This document shows positions 1 to 11,436 of a stretch of 64,000 nt of DNA, piece by piece. The stretch lies in assembly GCF_988243305.1 (NCBI RefSeq), contig NZ_OZ547136.1. One strand, written 5' to 3'. Under the pieces are notes generated by a model. It worked only from the letters and a program-made list of their open reading frames with translations, was not told the origin of the DNA and did not search any database. The position numbers and the translations under genes were made by a program. Positions within the stretch are counted from its first letter, which is position 1. Each line of letters begins with the position of its first letter.

Positions 1-547
1 TAATCCACACCTGGTCCGACTCATCAAGGCAGATTTCAATAAAGTGGTTACCCGTTCCCAGCGTTCCCAGGTGTTTATAGTTGTTAGTGTTAAGGAAACG
101 GGGATATTTTTGCGTTAACCACTGATAACCGGCTTCCAGCTCAGCCCATTTCGCATCGACGTTAACAGGCGGATTTTCCCATGCGCCTTTATCACGTTTA
201 CAACGTCCGGTAGTACGCCCGTGCGGCACGGCAGTTTCAATCGCCTGACGCAGTTCTGCCAGGTTTTCAGGCAGGTCAGCCGCCGTTAACGCGGTGCGCA
301 GCGCGTTCATTCCACAACCGATATCCACGCCCACCGCCGCCGGAATAATCGCCCCTTTGGTTGGGATCACGCTACCAATGGTGGAACCTTTACCCAGGTG
401 TACATCAGGCATTACCGCAATATGTTTGAAAATAAACGGCATCTTCGCCGTATTAATAAGTTGCTGACGCGCATCGGCCTCTACCGGCACGCCTTTGGTC
501 CACATTTTTACCGGGGCATTTTCAGTGGTCAGTAATTCGTAATTCAT
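1..547 (-). CDS. rtcB: RNA ligase RtcB, N-terminal part (gene runs off the window start)
   Basis: Reverse translation from the ATG at 545-547 reads MNYELLTTENAPVKMWTKGVPVE, matching the RtcB N-terminus. Absent from the ORF track because it is cut by the window edge. Confidence 0.85.
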   Translation of the reverse strand, partial: MNYELLTTENAPVKMWTKGVPVEADARQQLINTAKMPFIFKHIAVMPDVHLGKGSTIGSVIPTKGAIIPAAVGVDIGCGMNALRTALTAADLPENLAELRQAIETAVPHGRTTGRCKRDKGAWENPPVNVDAKWAELEAGYQWLTQKYPRFLNTNNYKHLGTLGTGNHFIEICLDESDQVWI

Positions 548-584
548 TTTGTTTTTCTCTTTTCGTTGTTTGCTGTCCTGATAA

Positions 585-601
585 TTGCAACCGTCGTGCC
601 A
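585..601 (-). promoter_or_regulatory. sigma-54 (-24/-12) promoter of rtcBA
   Basis: Plus strand reads ttgcaa-ccgtc-gtgcca, i.e. TGGCAC-N5-TTGCA on the minus strand, about 40 bp upstream of the rtcB start and divergent from rtcR. Confidence 0.8.
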
Positions 602-735
602 GAAAATTAAATAAGCAGATTAATTTTTTAATTTATTGTTTCTAAAAAGATTATATCTTTACGTCCGTAAACGGAGATTTCCCGCAAAGCCAATTTACCG
701 ATAATGAAATATCGTCTTTTATAAGGATATCTAAG

Positions 736-2334
736 ATGCGTAAAACAGTGGCTTTTGGCTTTGTCGGTACCGTGCTGGATTATGCCGGACGCGGCAGTCA
801 GCGCTGGTCAAAATGGCGTCCGACACTCTGTTTATGCCAGCAAGAATCGTTGGTCATCGATCGACTGGAATTATTGCATGACGCCCGCTCGCGCTCGCTA
901 TTTGAAACGCTTAAACGCGATATCGCCAGCGTTTCGCCAGAAACAGAAGTGGTGAGCGTTGAGATTGAACTGCATAACCCGTGGGATTTCGAAGAGGTTT
1001 ACGCCTGCCTGCATGATTTCGCCCGTGGTTACGCGTTCCAGCCAGAAAAAGAAGACTATTTAATTCACATCACCACCGGTACCCACGTCGCGCAGATTTG
1101 CTGGTTTCTGCTGGCAGAAGCGCGTTATCTACCCGCCCGGTTGATACAATCTTCACCACCGCGCAAAAAAGAACAACCGCGCGGCGCAGGTGAAGTGACG
1201 ATTATCGATCTCGATTTAAGCCGTTATAACGCCATCGCCAGCCGCTTTGCCGAGGAACGCCAGCAAACCCTCGATTTCCTCAAATCCGGCATTGCCACGC
1301 GTAACCCCCACTTCAACCGCATGATTGAGCAGATCGAAAAAGTGGCGATTAAATCCCGCGCACCGATCCTGCTTAACGGCCCAACCGGTGCGGGCAAGTC
1401 GTTTCTGGCACGACGCATCTTCGAATTAAAACAGGCGCGGCATCAGTTTAGCGGCGCGTTTGTGGAAGTGAACTGCGCCACCCTGCGCGGCGATACCGCC
1501 ATGTCGACGCTGTTTGGTCATGTGAAAGGCGCGTTCACCGGGGCGCGGGAGTCGCGGGAAGGATTATTACGCAGCGCCAACGGTGGAATGTTGTTTCTTG
1601 ATGAGATTGGCGAACTGGGCGCAGACGAACAGGCGATGTTGCTGAAAGCCATTGAAGAGAAAACCTTTTACCCGTTTGGCAGCGATCGCCAGGTGAGCAG
1701 TGATTTTCAGCTGATCGCCGGAACGGTGCGCGATTTGCGTCAGTTGGTTGCCGAAGGCAAATTTCGCGAAGACCTGTACGCACGCATTAATCTCTGGACC
1801 TTCACCCTGCCGGGGCTGCGCCAGCGCCAGGAAGATATCGAACCGAACCTGGATTATGAAGTGGAGCGCCACGCCGCGCTTACTGGCGACAGCGTGCGTT
1901 TTAACACCGAAGCACGGCGCGCCTGGCTGGCTTTTGCGACATCTCCCCAGGCAACATGGCGCGGTAACTTTCGAGAACTTTCTGCCAGCGTCACGCGGAT
2001 GGCAACCTTTGCCGATAGCGGGCGCATTACTCTGGAAACCGTAGAAGATGAGATAAACCGTCTGCGCTATAACTGGCAGGAGAGTCGCCCCTCCGCGCTT
2101 CCGGCGTTGCTGGGCGCTGAGGCAGAAAACATCGACCTCTTTGATCGACTGCAACTGGAACACGTAATAGCCATCTGCCGCCAGGCAAAGTCACTTTCTG
2201 CTGCCGGACGCCAGCTTTTTGACGTTTCGCGCCAGGGCAAAGCCAGCGTCAATGACGCGGATCGGCTACGCAAATACCTGGCGCGTTTTGGTCTGACGTG
2301 GGAAGCCGTGCAGGATCAGCACAGCTCCAGTTGA
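736..2334 (+). CDS. rtcR: sigma-54-dependent transcriptional activator RtcR
   Basis: 532-aa ORF with AAA+ motifs (GPTGAGKS, GAFTGA loop) and expected position next to rtcB. Confidence 0.9.
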   Translation: MRKTVAFGFVGTVLDYAGRGSQRWSKWRPTLCLCQQESLVIDRLELLHDARSRSLFETLKRDIASVSPETEVVSVEIELHNPWDFEEVYACLHDFARGYAFQPEKEDYLIHITTGTHVAQICWFLLAEARYLPARLIQSSPPRKKEQPRGAGEVTIIDLDLSRYNAIASRFAEERQQTLDFLKSGIATRNPHFNRMIEQIEKVAIKSRAPILLNGPTGAGKSFLARRIFELKQARHQFSGAFVEVNCATLRGDTAMSTLFGHVKGAFTGARESREGLLRSANGGMLFLDEIGELGADEQAMLLKAIEEKTFYPFGSDRQVSSDFQLIAGTVRDLRQLVAEGKFREDLYARINLWTFTLPGLRQRQEDIEPNLDYEVERHAALTGDSVRFNTEARRAWLAFATSPQATWRGNFRELSASVTRMATFADSGRITLETVEDEINRLRYNWQESRPSALPALLGAEAENIDLFDRLQLEHVIAICRQAKSLSAAGRQLFDVSRQGKASVNDADRLRKYLARFGLTWEAVQDQHSSS

Positions 2335-3074
2335 ATATGATGGTCCGTCAGCACCTGCATCACGCTTACTGGCGGCGGGGCGTCGGTGTAGACGGCATCT
2401 ACCATGCTGATACTGCCCATATTGACCATCGCGTTACGGCCAAATTTCGAGTGATCGACAACCAGCATAACGTGGCGCGAGTTCTCAATAATGGCGCGTT
2501 TGGTGCGAACTTCGTGGTAATCGAACTCCAGCAGCGAGCCGTCGCTATCGATGCCACTAATCCCCAGAATGCCGAAATCAAGGCGGAACTGGGAGATAAA
2601 ATCGAGCGTCGCTTCGCCTATGATCCCACCATCGCGGCTACGTAATTCGCCACCGGCGAGAATAATGCGAAAATCTTCTTTTACCATCAACGTGTTAGCG
2701 ACGTTGAGATTGTTGGTGACAATGCGCAAATTGCTGTGATTAAGCAGCGCGTGCGCCACCGCTTCCGGGGTGGTGCCGATATCGATAAACAGCGTCGAGC
2801 CGTTGGGGATTTGCTCCGCCACTTTGCGGGCGATGCGCTCTTTTTCTTCGGTCTGGGTGGCCTTGCGATCGTGCCACGGGGTGTTAACCGAACTGGAAGG
2901 CAGCGCCGCGCCGCCATGATGCCGCAGGATCAGGTTTTGCTCTGCCAGCTCATTGAGGTCACGACGAATAGTCTGCGGGCTGACGGAGAAGTGCTCCACC
3001 AGTTCCTCGGTACTGACATAACCTTGCTGTTTAACCAGTTCGATAATACCGTTGTGACGTTGTGTTTGTTTCAT
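2316..3074 (-). CDS. glpR: DeoR-family glycerol-3-phosphate regulon repressor GlpR
   Basis: 252-aa ORF with an N-terminal HTH; 3' end overlaps the 3' end of rtcR by 19 bp (convergent). Confidence 0.9.
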   Translation of the reverse strand: MKQTQRHNGIIELVKQQGYVSTEELVEHFSVSPQTIRRDLNELAEQNLILRHHGGAALPSSSVNTPWHDRKATQTEEKERIARKVAEQIPNGSTLFIDIGTTPEAVAHALLNHSNLRIVTNNLNVANTLMVKEDFRIILAGGELRSRDGGIIGEATLDFISQFRLDFGILGISGIDSDGSLLEFDYHEVRTKRAIIENSRHVMLVVDHSKFGRNAMVNMGSISMVDAVYTDAPPPVSVMQVLTDHHIQLELC

Positions 3075-3090
3075 TTATAAATCCCTGGAA

Positions 3091-3933
<843 letters not shown>

Positions 3934-3965
3934 TTATTCCACACAAAAGGGGACAGTATAAAGCG

Positions 3966-4370
<405 letters not shown>

Positions 4371-4430
4371 TTATACATATCACTCTAAAATGTTTTTTCA
4401 ATGTTACCTAAAGCGCGATTCTTTGCTAAT

Positions 4431-4448
4431 ATGTTCGATAACGAACAT
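4431..4448 (+). promoter_or_regulatory. GlpR operator in the glpD promoter region
   Basis: Near-perfect palindrome atgttcgataacgaacat about 35 bp upstream of the glpD start. Confidence 0.7.
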
Positions 4449-4481
4449 TTGTGAGCTTTAACGAAAGTGAATGAGGGCAGC

Positions 4482-5987
4482 ATGGAAACCAAAGATCTGA
4501 TTGTGATAGGTGGCGGCATCAATGGTGCTGGTATCGCGGCAGACGCCGCTGGACGCGGTTTATCCGTGCTGATGCTGGAGGCGCAGGATCTCGCTTGTGC
4601 GACCTCTTCCGCCAGTTCAAAACTCATTCACGGTGGCCTGCGCTACCTTGAGCACTATGAATTCCGCCTGGTCAGCGAGGCGCTGGCTGAACGTGAAGTG
4701 CTACTGAAAATGGCCCCGCATATCGCCTTCCCGATGCGTTTTCGCCTGCCGCATCGTCCGCATCTGCGCCCGGCGTGGATGATTCGGATTGGTCTGTTTA
4801 TGTACGATCATCTGGGTAAACGCACCAGCCTACCGGGATCAACCGGTTTGCGTTTTGGCGCAAATTCAGTATTAAAACCGGAAATTAAGCGCGGATTCGA
4901 ATATTCCGACTGTTGGGTAGACGACGCTCGTCTGGTACTCGCCAACGCCCAGATGGTGGTGCGTAAAGGCGGTGAAGTGCTTACCCGTACTCGTGCCACT
5001 TCTGCTCGCCGCGAAAACGGCCTGTGGATTGTGGAAGCGGAAGATATCGATACCGGCAAAAAATATAGCTGGCAAGCGCGCGGCCTCGTGAACGCCACCG
5101 GCCCGTGGGTGAAACAGTTCTTCGACGAGGGGATGCATCTGCCTTCGCCTTATGGCATTCGCCTGATCAAAGGCAGCCATATTGTAGTGCCACGCGTACA
5201 TACCCAGAAGCAAGCCTACATTCTGCAAAACGAAGATAAACGTATTGTGTTCGTGATCCCGTGGATGGACGAGTTTTCCATCATCGGCACCACCGATGTG
5301 GAATACAAAGGTGATCCGAAAGCCGTGAAGATTGAAGAGAGTGAAATCAATTACCTGCTGAAAGTGTATAACGTGCACTTTAAAAAACAGCTTAGCCGTG
5401 ACGATATCGTCTGGACCTATTCCGGTGTGCGTCCGCTGTGTGATGATGAGTCCGACTCGCCGCAGGCTATTACCCGTGATTACACTCTTGATATCCATGA
5501 TGAAAACGGCAAAGCACCGCTGCTGTCGGTATTCGGCGGTAAGCTGACCACCTACCGCAAACTGGCTGAGCACGCTCTGGAAAAACTGACGCCGTATTAT
5601 CAGGGTATTGGCCCGGCGTGGACGAAAGAGAGCGTGCTGCCGGGAGGTGCCATTGAAGGCGACCGCGACGATTACGCCGCTCGCCTGCGCCGCCGTTACC
5701 CGTTCCTGACTGAATCGCTGGCACGTCACTACGCGCGCACTTACGGCAGCAACAGCGAACTGCTGCTCGGCAATGCGGGAGCGATAAGCGACCTCGGGGA
5801 AGATTTCGGTCATGAGTTCTACGAAGCGGAACTGAAATATCTGGTCGACCACGAATGGGTCCGCCGCGCCGACGATGCCCTGTGGCGTCGCACAAAACAA
5901 GGCATGTGGCTGAATGCGGATCAACAATCTCGTGTGAGTCAGTGGCTGGTGGAGTATACGCAGCAGAAGTTGTCGCTGGCGTCGTAA
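4482..5987 (+). CDS. glpD: aerobic glycerol-3-phosphate dehydrogenase GlpD
   Basis: ORF 4467..5987; start trimmed to METKDLIVIGGGINGAG (FAD-binding GxGxxG), 501 aa. Confidence 0.9.
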   Translation: METKDLIVIGGGINGAGIAADAAGRGLSVLMLEAQDLACATSSASSKLIHGGLRYLEHYEFRLVSEALAEREVLLKMAPHIAFPMRFRLPHRPHLRPAWMIRIGLFMYDHLGKRTSLPGSTGLRFGANSVLKPEIKRGFEYSDCWVDDARLVLANAQMVVRKGGEVLTRTRATSARRENGLWIVEAEDIDTGKKYSWQARGLVNATGPWVKQFFDEGMHLPSPYGIRLIKGSHIVVPRVHTQKQAYILQNEDKRIVFVIPWMDEFSIIGTTDVEYKGDPKAVKIEESEINYLLKVYNVHFKKQLSRDDIVWTYSGVRPLCDDESDSPQAITRDYTLDIHDENGKAPLLSVFGGKLTTYRKLAEHALEKLTPYYQGIGPAWTKESVLPGGAIEGDRDDYAARLRRRYPFLTESLARHYARTYGSNSELLLGNAGAISDLGEDFGHEFYEAELKYLVDHEWVRRADDALWRRTKQGMWLNADQQSRVSQWLVEYTQQKLSLAS

Positions 5988-6004
5988 ATTAACGTAAGGT
6001 GGCC

Positions 6005-6026
6005 AGGTCAGATTTCAATCTGACCT
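6005..6026 (+). terminator. hairpin downstream of glpD (possible terminator)
   Basis: Inverted repeat aggtcagat-ttca-atctgacct 18 bp after the glpD stop; no clean T-run follows. Confidence 0.35.
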
Positions 6027-6051
6027 GAGACTGATGATAAACAAAAAAACT

Positions 6052-6155
6052 GCCTGATGCGCTACGCTTATCAGGCCTACGTGGTTTATGCAATATATTG
6101 AATTTGCATGATTTTGTAGACCAATAAGACGTTCACGTCGCATCCGGCATGGACA
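6052..6155. repeat. REP (repetitive extragenic palindromic) elements
   Basis: gcctgatgcgctacgcttatcaggcctac and gacgttcacgtcgcatccggcatgg resemble the E. coli REP consensus. Confidence 0.7.
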
Positions 6156-6493
6156 AAGCGCATATACAACCGATAACCAAAGTTGTAATTCCAGAAGTGA
6201 AATACGCCTGATCATGAGCGGGATAGAGAACAGTATCTCCCCAGAAAACTCAGCGTAATAATACAAGCAGCCAGCGCAACCACCGTCGGCCATATCAAGA
6301 ACGGTACAATAATAAAGCCGAGAAATACCACACCTAGCAGCAAAACACCGTGAATTTGTTCATCGCGCTAATTCCTTTCCCTCGAGGGTTATTTCATTGT
6401 GGGATACATCGGCACATAACCCATATTTTCCATCAAACTTTACCCTACCGATGGCTAAAAACGGGCTAATCCGATTCTGCACTGACTCACACA

Positions 6494-7645
6494 TCACTGG
6501 TATTCCACCCGCAAAACAGCCAGGGCATTATAACGACCCGCAGCAGGGCGTCGCCCTGTGGTACTTACAGGGAGAGACAGAAAAGTCACATCTGCCGTCT
6601 GAGCTGACTCAGCCCGGTTTTCAACTAACTTAAATGGCACACCAACATGCGCAGCAAGAGCGTTCAAGTCTACGGATTCCTGTTGGCTATCCATAATCAT
6701 AATGCCAACGTCGGGGTTATCCTCCGCCTGAATAATGCTTTGCCGACCATTAACATCTCTCGTTGATGAAATATTGCCATCAAAAACCAGCGTCATTACG
6801 GCATCAATATCTTTGTTCGTACAGTTTATCGGAATAGTGGTTGCCACTGGAGAAACGCCCGTGGGCTTCACTCCAGCACCAGCCCGACTTAATTCGCTGG
6901 CCCAGACATCCGGCATATTAACGGTAAAACTAGTTCCCTCATTAATTGTGCAACCTTGTGGAACTTCAATATTTAAGTTGCCAATATAAGCATTAAATAC
7001 TGGAATTGGTCCGTGCTCTGTTGGAAACTGGCTGACATACAAAGAAACCAGCAATACGTTATTTATTGATATATCGGATATTATTTTTTTATCAAGTCTG
7101 ATTTTTATATAACCTTCTGTTCCTGAGGCCCAACTTGATGGTTTACTTCTGTCTGCTGGATAATTGGTGCTATAGTTGTCAAAAGGTACTGCCTTATCTG
7201 TCATTGTGCCATTTTTATTATAGAGCTTTACATGTGTCGAGACAGATATTTCATGAGTCAAAGGAATAAATATATCGCTCCCCTGATGATCACCAGACGC
7301 TCCTGACGGATCAATCCCAGAAACACCAGAAAAATAAACCTCATAATCATCCAGAGAATTACAATAAGCCTTATAATGCCCTATTTTCCAGTCCTGCGAG
7401 GGTAATACTGTCCCAGGCGAATTATTATTAACATCTGAGACAATTACCGTACCAAAATTATAAGAAAATGTCGCAGGAGTAGTATTATTACCTGGTGCAC
7501 CAGGATAACAAAAGGCGCGATCCCGTCCCATATCTTCAGCATATACTATGTTATAGCAGCTACTGACTAAAAGAACAAACAATATACAAATTGCTTTTAT
7601 ATTTCCCCAAAAATAAGTAAGCATCATGCTTCTCCAGTTATCCAT
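6494..7645 (-). CDS. fimbrial tip adhesin-like subunit
   Basis: 383-aa ORF, last gene of the fimbrial operon; N-terminal signal peptide; C-terminus ends VEYQ like FimH-type pilins. Confidence 0.7.
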   Translation of the reverse strand: MDNWRSMMLTYFWGNIKAICILFVLLVSSCYNIVYAEDMGRDRAFCYPGAPGNNTTPATFSYNFGTVIVSDVNNNSPGTVLPSQDWKIGHYKAYCNSLDDYEVYFSGVSGIDPSGASGDHQGSDIFIPLTHEISVSTHVKLYNKNGTMTDKAVPFDNYSTNYPADRSKPSSWASGTEGYIKIRLDKKIISDISINNVLLVSLYVSQFPTEHGPIPVFNAYIGNLNIEVPQGCTINEGTSFTVNMPDVWASELSRAGAGVKPTGVSPVATTIPINCTNKDIDAVMTLVFDGNISSTRDVNGRQSIIQAEDNPDVGIMIMDSQQESVDLNALAAHVGVPFKLVENRAESAQTADVTFLSLPVSTTGRRPAAGRYNALAVLRVEYQ

Positions 7646-8441
7646 GTATCGCTACTGCACCCATAATAGCATTATTTTGTAAAACATTTAATTTTACGCT
7701 CCATACGGGTAAGGCATTATTGTAAAGATCTAGTGTTTGCCAGTTAATCTCACAATATCCTTGCCGCTGACACCAATCCTGTTGGCGATGACTAAATGGT
7801 GCAACCATGCCACCATTTATGCTTTTACCATCAATAGATAAATTATAGAGTGTCACATACCAGGGCGTAGGGTTAAAAACGGTGACAGCTTCATTGTTTC
7901 GCGACCAGCGTAACTGTTGATAAGCGTCAAGTGGATTACCTGATAACGTCTCTGGGCGGTAAAATATTTTCATCCTATTACGTACAGCCACCTGGAGTTG
8001 ATTTTCATTCTTAAGCTGTGAGTTTTGTTCCTGAGCAGGTAACGCTGCAATATTCAGTATAAATAAACTCTCACGATCTATAGGTAACTGCCCCCCCACG
8101 CGATTGATTCTTATTTTGGTATTTTTATCTTGTTTAAGTACCAATAATGGTGGTGTGGCAATAAACGCCTTATCTGGAAGTAAAGGCTGGGATTCCAGTG
8201 TCCCTTTTAACTGACGTCCATCATCAGGTGTCACGGAAATTTTAACCAGCATATCTTTACTGGCAGTATTTTTAAGCTCGACCGAAATTGATGACTGCTT
8301 TTCTGGGTAAACAAAACGAGTACCGCCAACAACAACTCCTGCCTGCGCATTTGTGCAACATATTAAAATGCATATCAGCACGTTAATCATAAGTGACGAT
8401 AAAGGAAACTGATGCATTCGCATCTCCTGGTTGTACATCAT
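7638..8441 (-). CDS. periplasmic fimbrial chaperone (PapD-like), second chaperone of operon
   Basis: 267-aa ORF with a signal peptide and chaperone-like motifs. Start is uncertain; the first ATGs overlap the upstream gene. Confidence 0.75.
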   Translation of the reverse strand: MMYNQEMRMHQFPLSSLMINVLICILICCTNAQAGVVVGGTRFVYPEKQSSISVELKNTASKDMLVKISVTPDDGRQLKGTLESQPLLPDKAFIATPPLLVLKQDKNTKIRINRVGGQLPIDRESLFILNIAALPAQEQNSQLKNENQLQVAVRNRMKIFYRPETLSGNPLDAYQQLRWSRNNEAVTVFNPTPWYVTLYNLSIDGKSINGGMVAPFSHRQQDWCQRQGYCEINWQTLDLYNNALPVWSVKLNVLQNNAIMGAVAIHG

Positions 8442-8907
8442 TTTTTATAGCTTTATAAGCAGCAAAGAAATGCAATGTATTATCTACCAATGGTGTAAGG
8501 GCATAACTTGTACTCTTTATACCATTACTAATACTTTGTCTGTTGTTATCAAAAATAGCCAGTGCTAACCCATCGACTGAGCCCTCTTCCAGTTTATATA
8601 GGGCTGCGTCTTCACTAACTGGTATTCCATCAAACGTGACATTGGCATGACTGACATCACTGCCACAACGGGTTAACTTTACAGAGAAACCAATTTTTTC
8701 AGTAACACTCCCTGAATTTCTCACCATATAGCTGGGAACATCAGGCATGTTAACTGTGAAATTTTTAGATTCATCGGCAACAATACAAGTCTTTGCCGTT
8801 ATGATTCCTTCTATACGTACAACACCTGTATGTGTTGTATCATCAGCAATGGATGACATAGATATCACAGAGAATAATAGGGCAATTAAATTCCAATATC
8901 GTGTCAT
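8383..8907 (-). CDS. fimbrial minor subunit
   Basis: 174-aa ORF, signal peptide, paired Cys, C-terminal FIVTYD beta-strand typical of chaperone-usher pilins. Confidence 0.75.
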   Translation of the reverse strand: MTRYWNLIALLFSVISMSSIADDTTHTGVVRIEGIITAKTCIVADESKNFTVNMPDVPSYMVRNSGSVTEKIGFSVKLTRCGSDVSHANVTFDGIPVSEDAALYKLEEGSVDGLALAIFDNNRQSISNGIKSTSYALTPLVDNTLHFFAAYKAIKNDVQPGDANASVSFIVTYD

Positions 8908-8914
8908 ATTAACC

Positions 8915-9487
8915 TCACTGATAGTCTATATCAAAGTACAATAGTGCGTTCGCCTGTCCCGCATGTACGTTTTGCTGAGTTGACTTATAGCGGAGTTTAA
9001 AGGTTAAACTGGCATCGCCATTATTATTTAAAATTAACTCTTTGAATCCTGACTCACTATTAATTGCTATAATTTTATCATTACTGTCTAAAATTTCGAT
9101 GCCCACTCCAGTTGCACTATCCGCGCTGGAAGTAAGGCGTAATAAAGTGGTATTTATAGCATCAGCATCCCCGGTAAACTGCACATTAGCACTTACTCCT
9201 GAACTATAAACAGTACTGGTTGTTGTAGGACATCCTTCCAGATTGATCGTAAATGTATGGCTGCCAGAAACATCCCCTACATTCAAAAAATCATTGACGT
9301 CATAAGTTCCCATGTTTACTGGCTGGTCTTTACTTCCAGTTGTAATATCACACGTTTTTGCTAATAATTGTCCTGTAAATGTGACCACTACAGTATCGTT
9401 AGCCAGTGCGTTATATGAAATCACCATCATGAACAATGATCTAAACATTAATAGAATAAATTTTTGTAATATATTCATTAGCGGCAC
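8915..9487 (-). CDS. fimbrial minor subunit
   Basis: 190-aa ORF, signal peptide, C-terminal FDIDYQ pilin donor-strand-like end. Confidence 0.75.
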   Translation of the reverse strand: MPLMNILQKFILLMFRSLFMMVISYNALANDTVVVTFTGQLLAKTCDITTGSKDQPVNMGTYDVNDFLNVGDVSGSHTFTINLEGCPTTTSTVYSSGVSANVQFTGDADAINTTLLRLTSSADSATGVGIEILDSNDKIIAINSESGFKELILNNNGDASLTFKLRYKSTQQNVHAGQANALLYFDIDYQ

Positions 9488-11436
9488 TCCAGATTTGCAT
9501 AGCTAATGGCATTATCCAGTTCGCTTTTCGGTAATTGATAACTTGCCCGACATTGCTGATAAGCACTTTCTCCCCACTGTATATTTATTATGCCTTGTAA
9601 AGGCAAACCGGAGAGATAAACCTGCCCACTGTCACCCACTATTCCTGTAATCTGAGTTGTCCCCTCAGTGGGTACACTGACCGTCGCACCAAATGGAACT
9701 GGTTTATTACGATAGTGAACATTAAATAAACCTCGAATACCGACATGTGCATTAAACTCAGCACGAACTAAAGCACCTTTGCTGGGTATCACTTCCATAG
9801 TAGTAGCATCTAATTCTGTATGCATACTCATAGACATAGGGTCTAAAGAGATATTATTACGCCGATATTCCGTGGCATAAGGTACGACAGCATAGCCACG
9901 CCAGTCTGTTTTAACCCCCGTTCCGCGTTCCACATTTACATTGTTTGCCCCAGGTGCTTTTATCAGTATATTTGTTTCACCTAACGGCTGACTTAGCGTG
10001 AGACCATTTTCGTGAACAACCAGGGCCCCACTTAAACCATAGTTAAATTGCTGGTTACCATTATTATCGTAGCTGTATCCAGAATTTAGTGAACCATATG
10101 TACCACGGTAATTTAAACCTACCGCGCCATTTTCGCCATTATTCTGGTTAGCAAAATTTTGTTGAATATTATAGTTGAGATTATGTTGTTCCAGCAGCGA
10201 TCCAGATACTCCAGCATACTGATTCACATGACCGCTATTATCCTGACTATAACCATAAGTTGCTGTCATAGAATTTGTCGCAGTACGCCCATCGACAGCT
10301 GGTGATAACCAATTGCTGATCGGCAATGAGACATTTACGGATAAGATTCTGTCCGCATCTGAACCTGGTGACTTGCTATAATTATAAGCAATATTTAAAT
10401 AAATCCCATGTACACTCGTATTATAGCCGACCTGATACAAGGTATCTTTATTATTCGTATTCCAGTAAGTTTGTTGACTTGCCGCCAAATACATAGAGCC
10501 ATATTCGCCCAATGGTTGCGATATATTTGCCTGAAACTTTCCTCTTTTGCTATAACGTAAATTATAAAAATCATTCCAGTTATAAACATAGTCTTTTTCA
10601 TTAAGGGTATCTGGATCGATAACCGTACCCGACATTTGTTTGTATGTGGTATCACTCAACGAATAAAATCCCTCCGTCGAATAGCGATAACCAATAATCT
10701 GAAAAGCCGTACCTGTCTGCACTAACGATTTTGAATATAGGAAACGGTACGATTGCCCTTGATGTTTACTGCCATCGGCAAGCGTGCTATTGGCTTGCGT
10801 TAAATCAAATGACGTCGCACCAAACATACCAAGGTTGAACCCAAGCCCGAGTGCTATTGCCCGATAATTATTTGAGTATTGCATCCCTCCGTAGGCGGTA
10901 ATATCCCAGGGTAACCCCCAAATCAAATCTCCTTGAAAGACATTCGGACTGTTTTGATTATAGCTATTGCTACGATATTTACCGGCAGTTGCCGAATATT
11001 TAATATGCCCTTCGCGTTGAAGAATGGGAACAGCGGCGTAAGGAATAGTATAGATAGTTTCGGAATTATCAGACTCTTTGATCGTAACTTCCAAATCCCC
11101 AGCGGAAGACGTAGGGTTCAGATCGTTGATTTCAAAGGGTCCCGGTGGAGTATATGTCTGATAAATAACATAGCCATTTTGTTTGATCGTTACCTGAGCA
11201 TTGCTTTTAGCAATACCGCGCACAGTGGGGGCAAAACCACTTTGGCTATCGGGTAGCATGTTTTCATCGGATTCAAGTTTAGCACCACGAATACTCACAC
11301 TGTCGAAAACATCCGATGAAGACCAGGTACTGATGAATCCCCTAATGATTTTGGTAAAAATCATTAAGTTAAGGTAGATACACATCTTGTCATATGATCA
11401 AATGGTTTCGCCAAAAATCAATAATCAGACAACAAG

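Noticed and set aside
1567-2163. 198-aa antisense ORF inside rtcR
   Set aside because: Entirely embedded antisense in a well-supported gene; typical GC-rich shadow ORF.
4872-5927. 351-aa antisense ORF inside glpD
   Set aside because: Shadow ORF opposite a conserved enzyme gene; no independent signals.
6015-6293. 92-aa minus-strand ORF just downstream of glpD (possibly the yzgL-like ORF annotated in K-12)
   Set aside because: Overlaps REP palindromes and a hairpin, has odd composition (Cys/Tyr runs) and no recognisable domain; more likely non-coding spacer.
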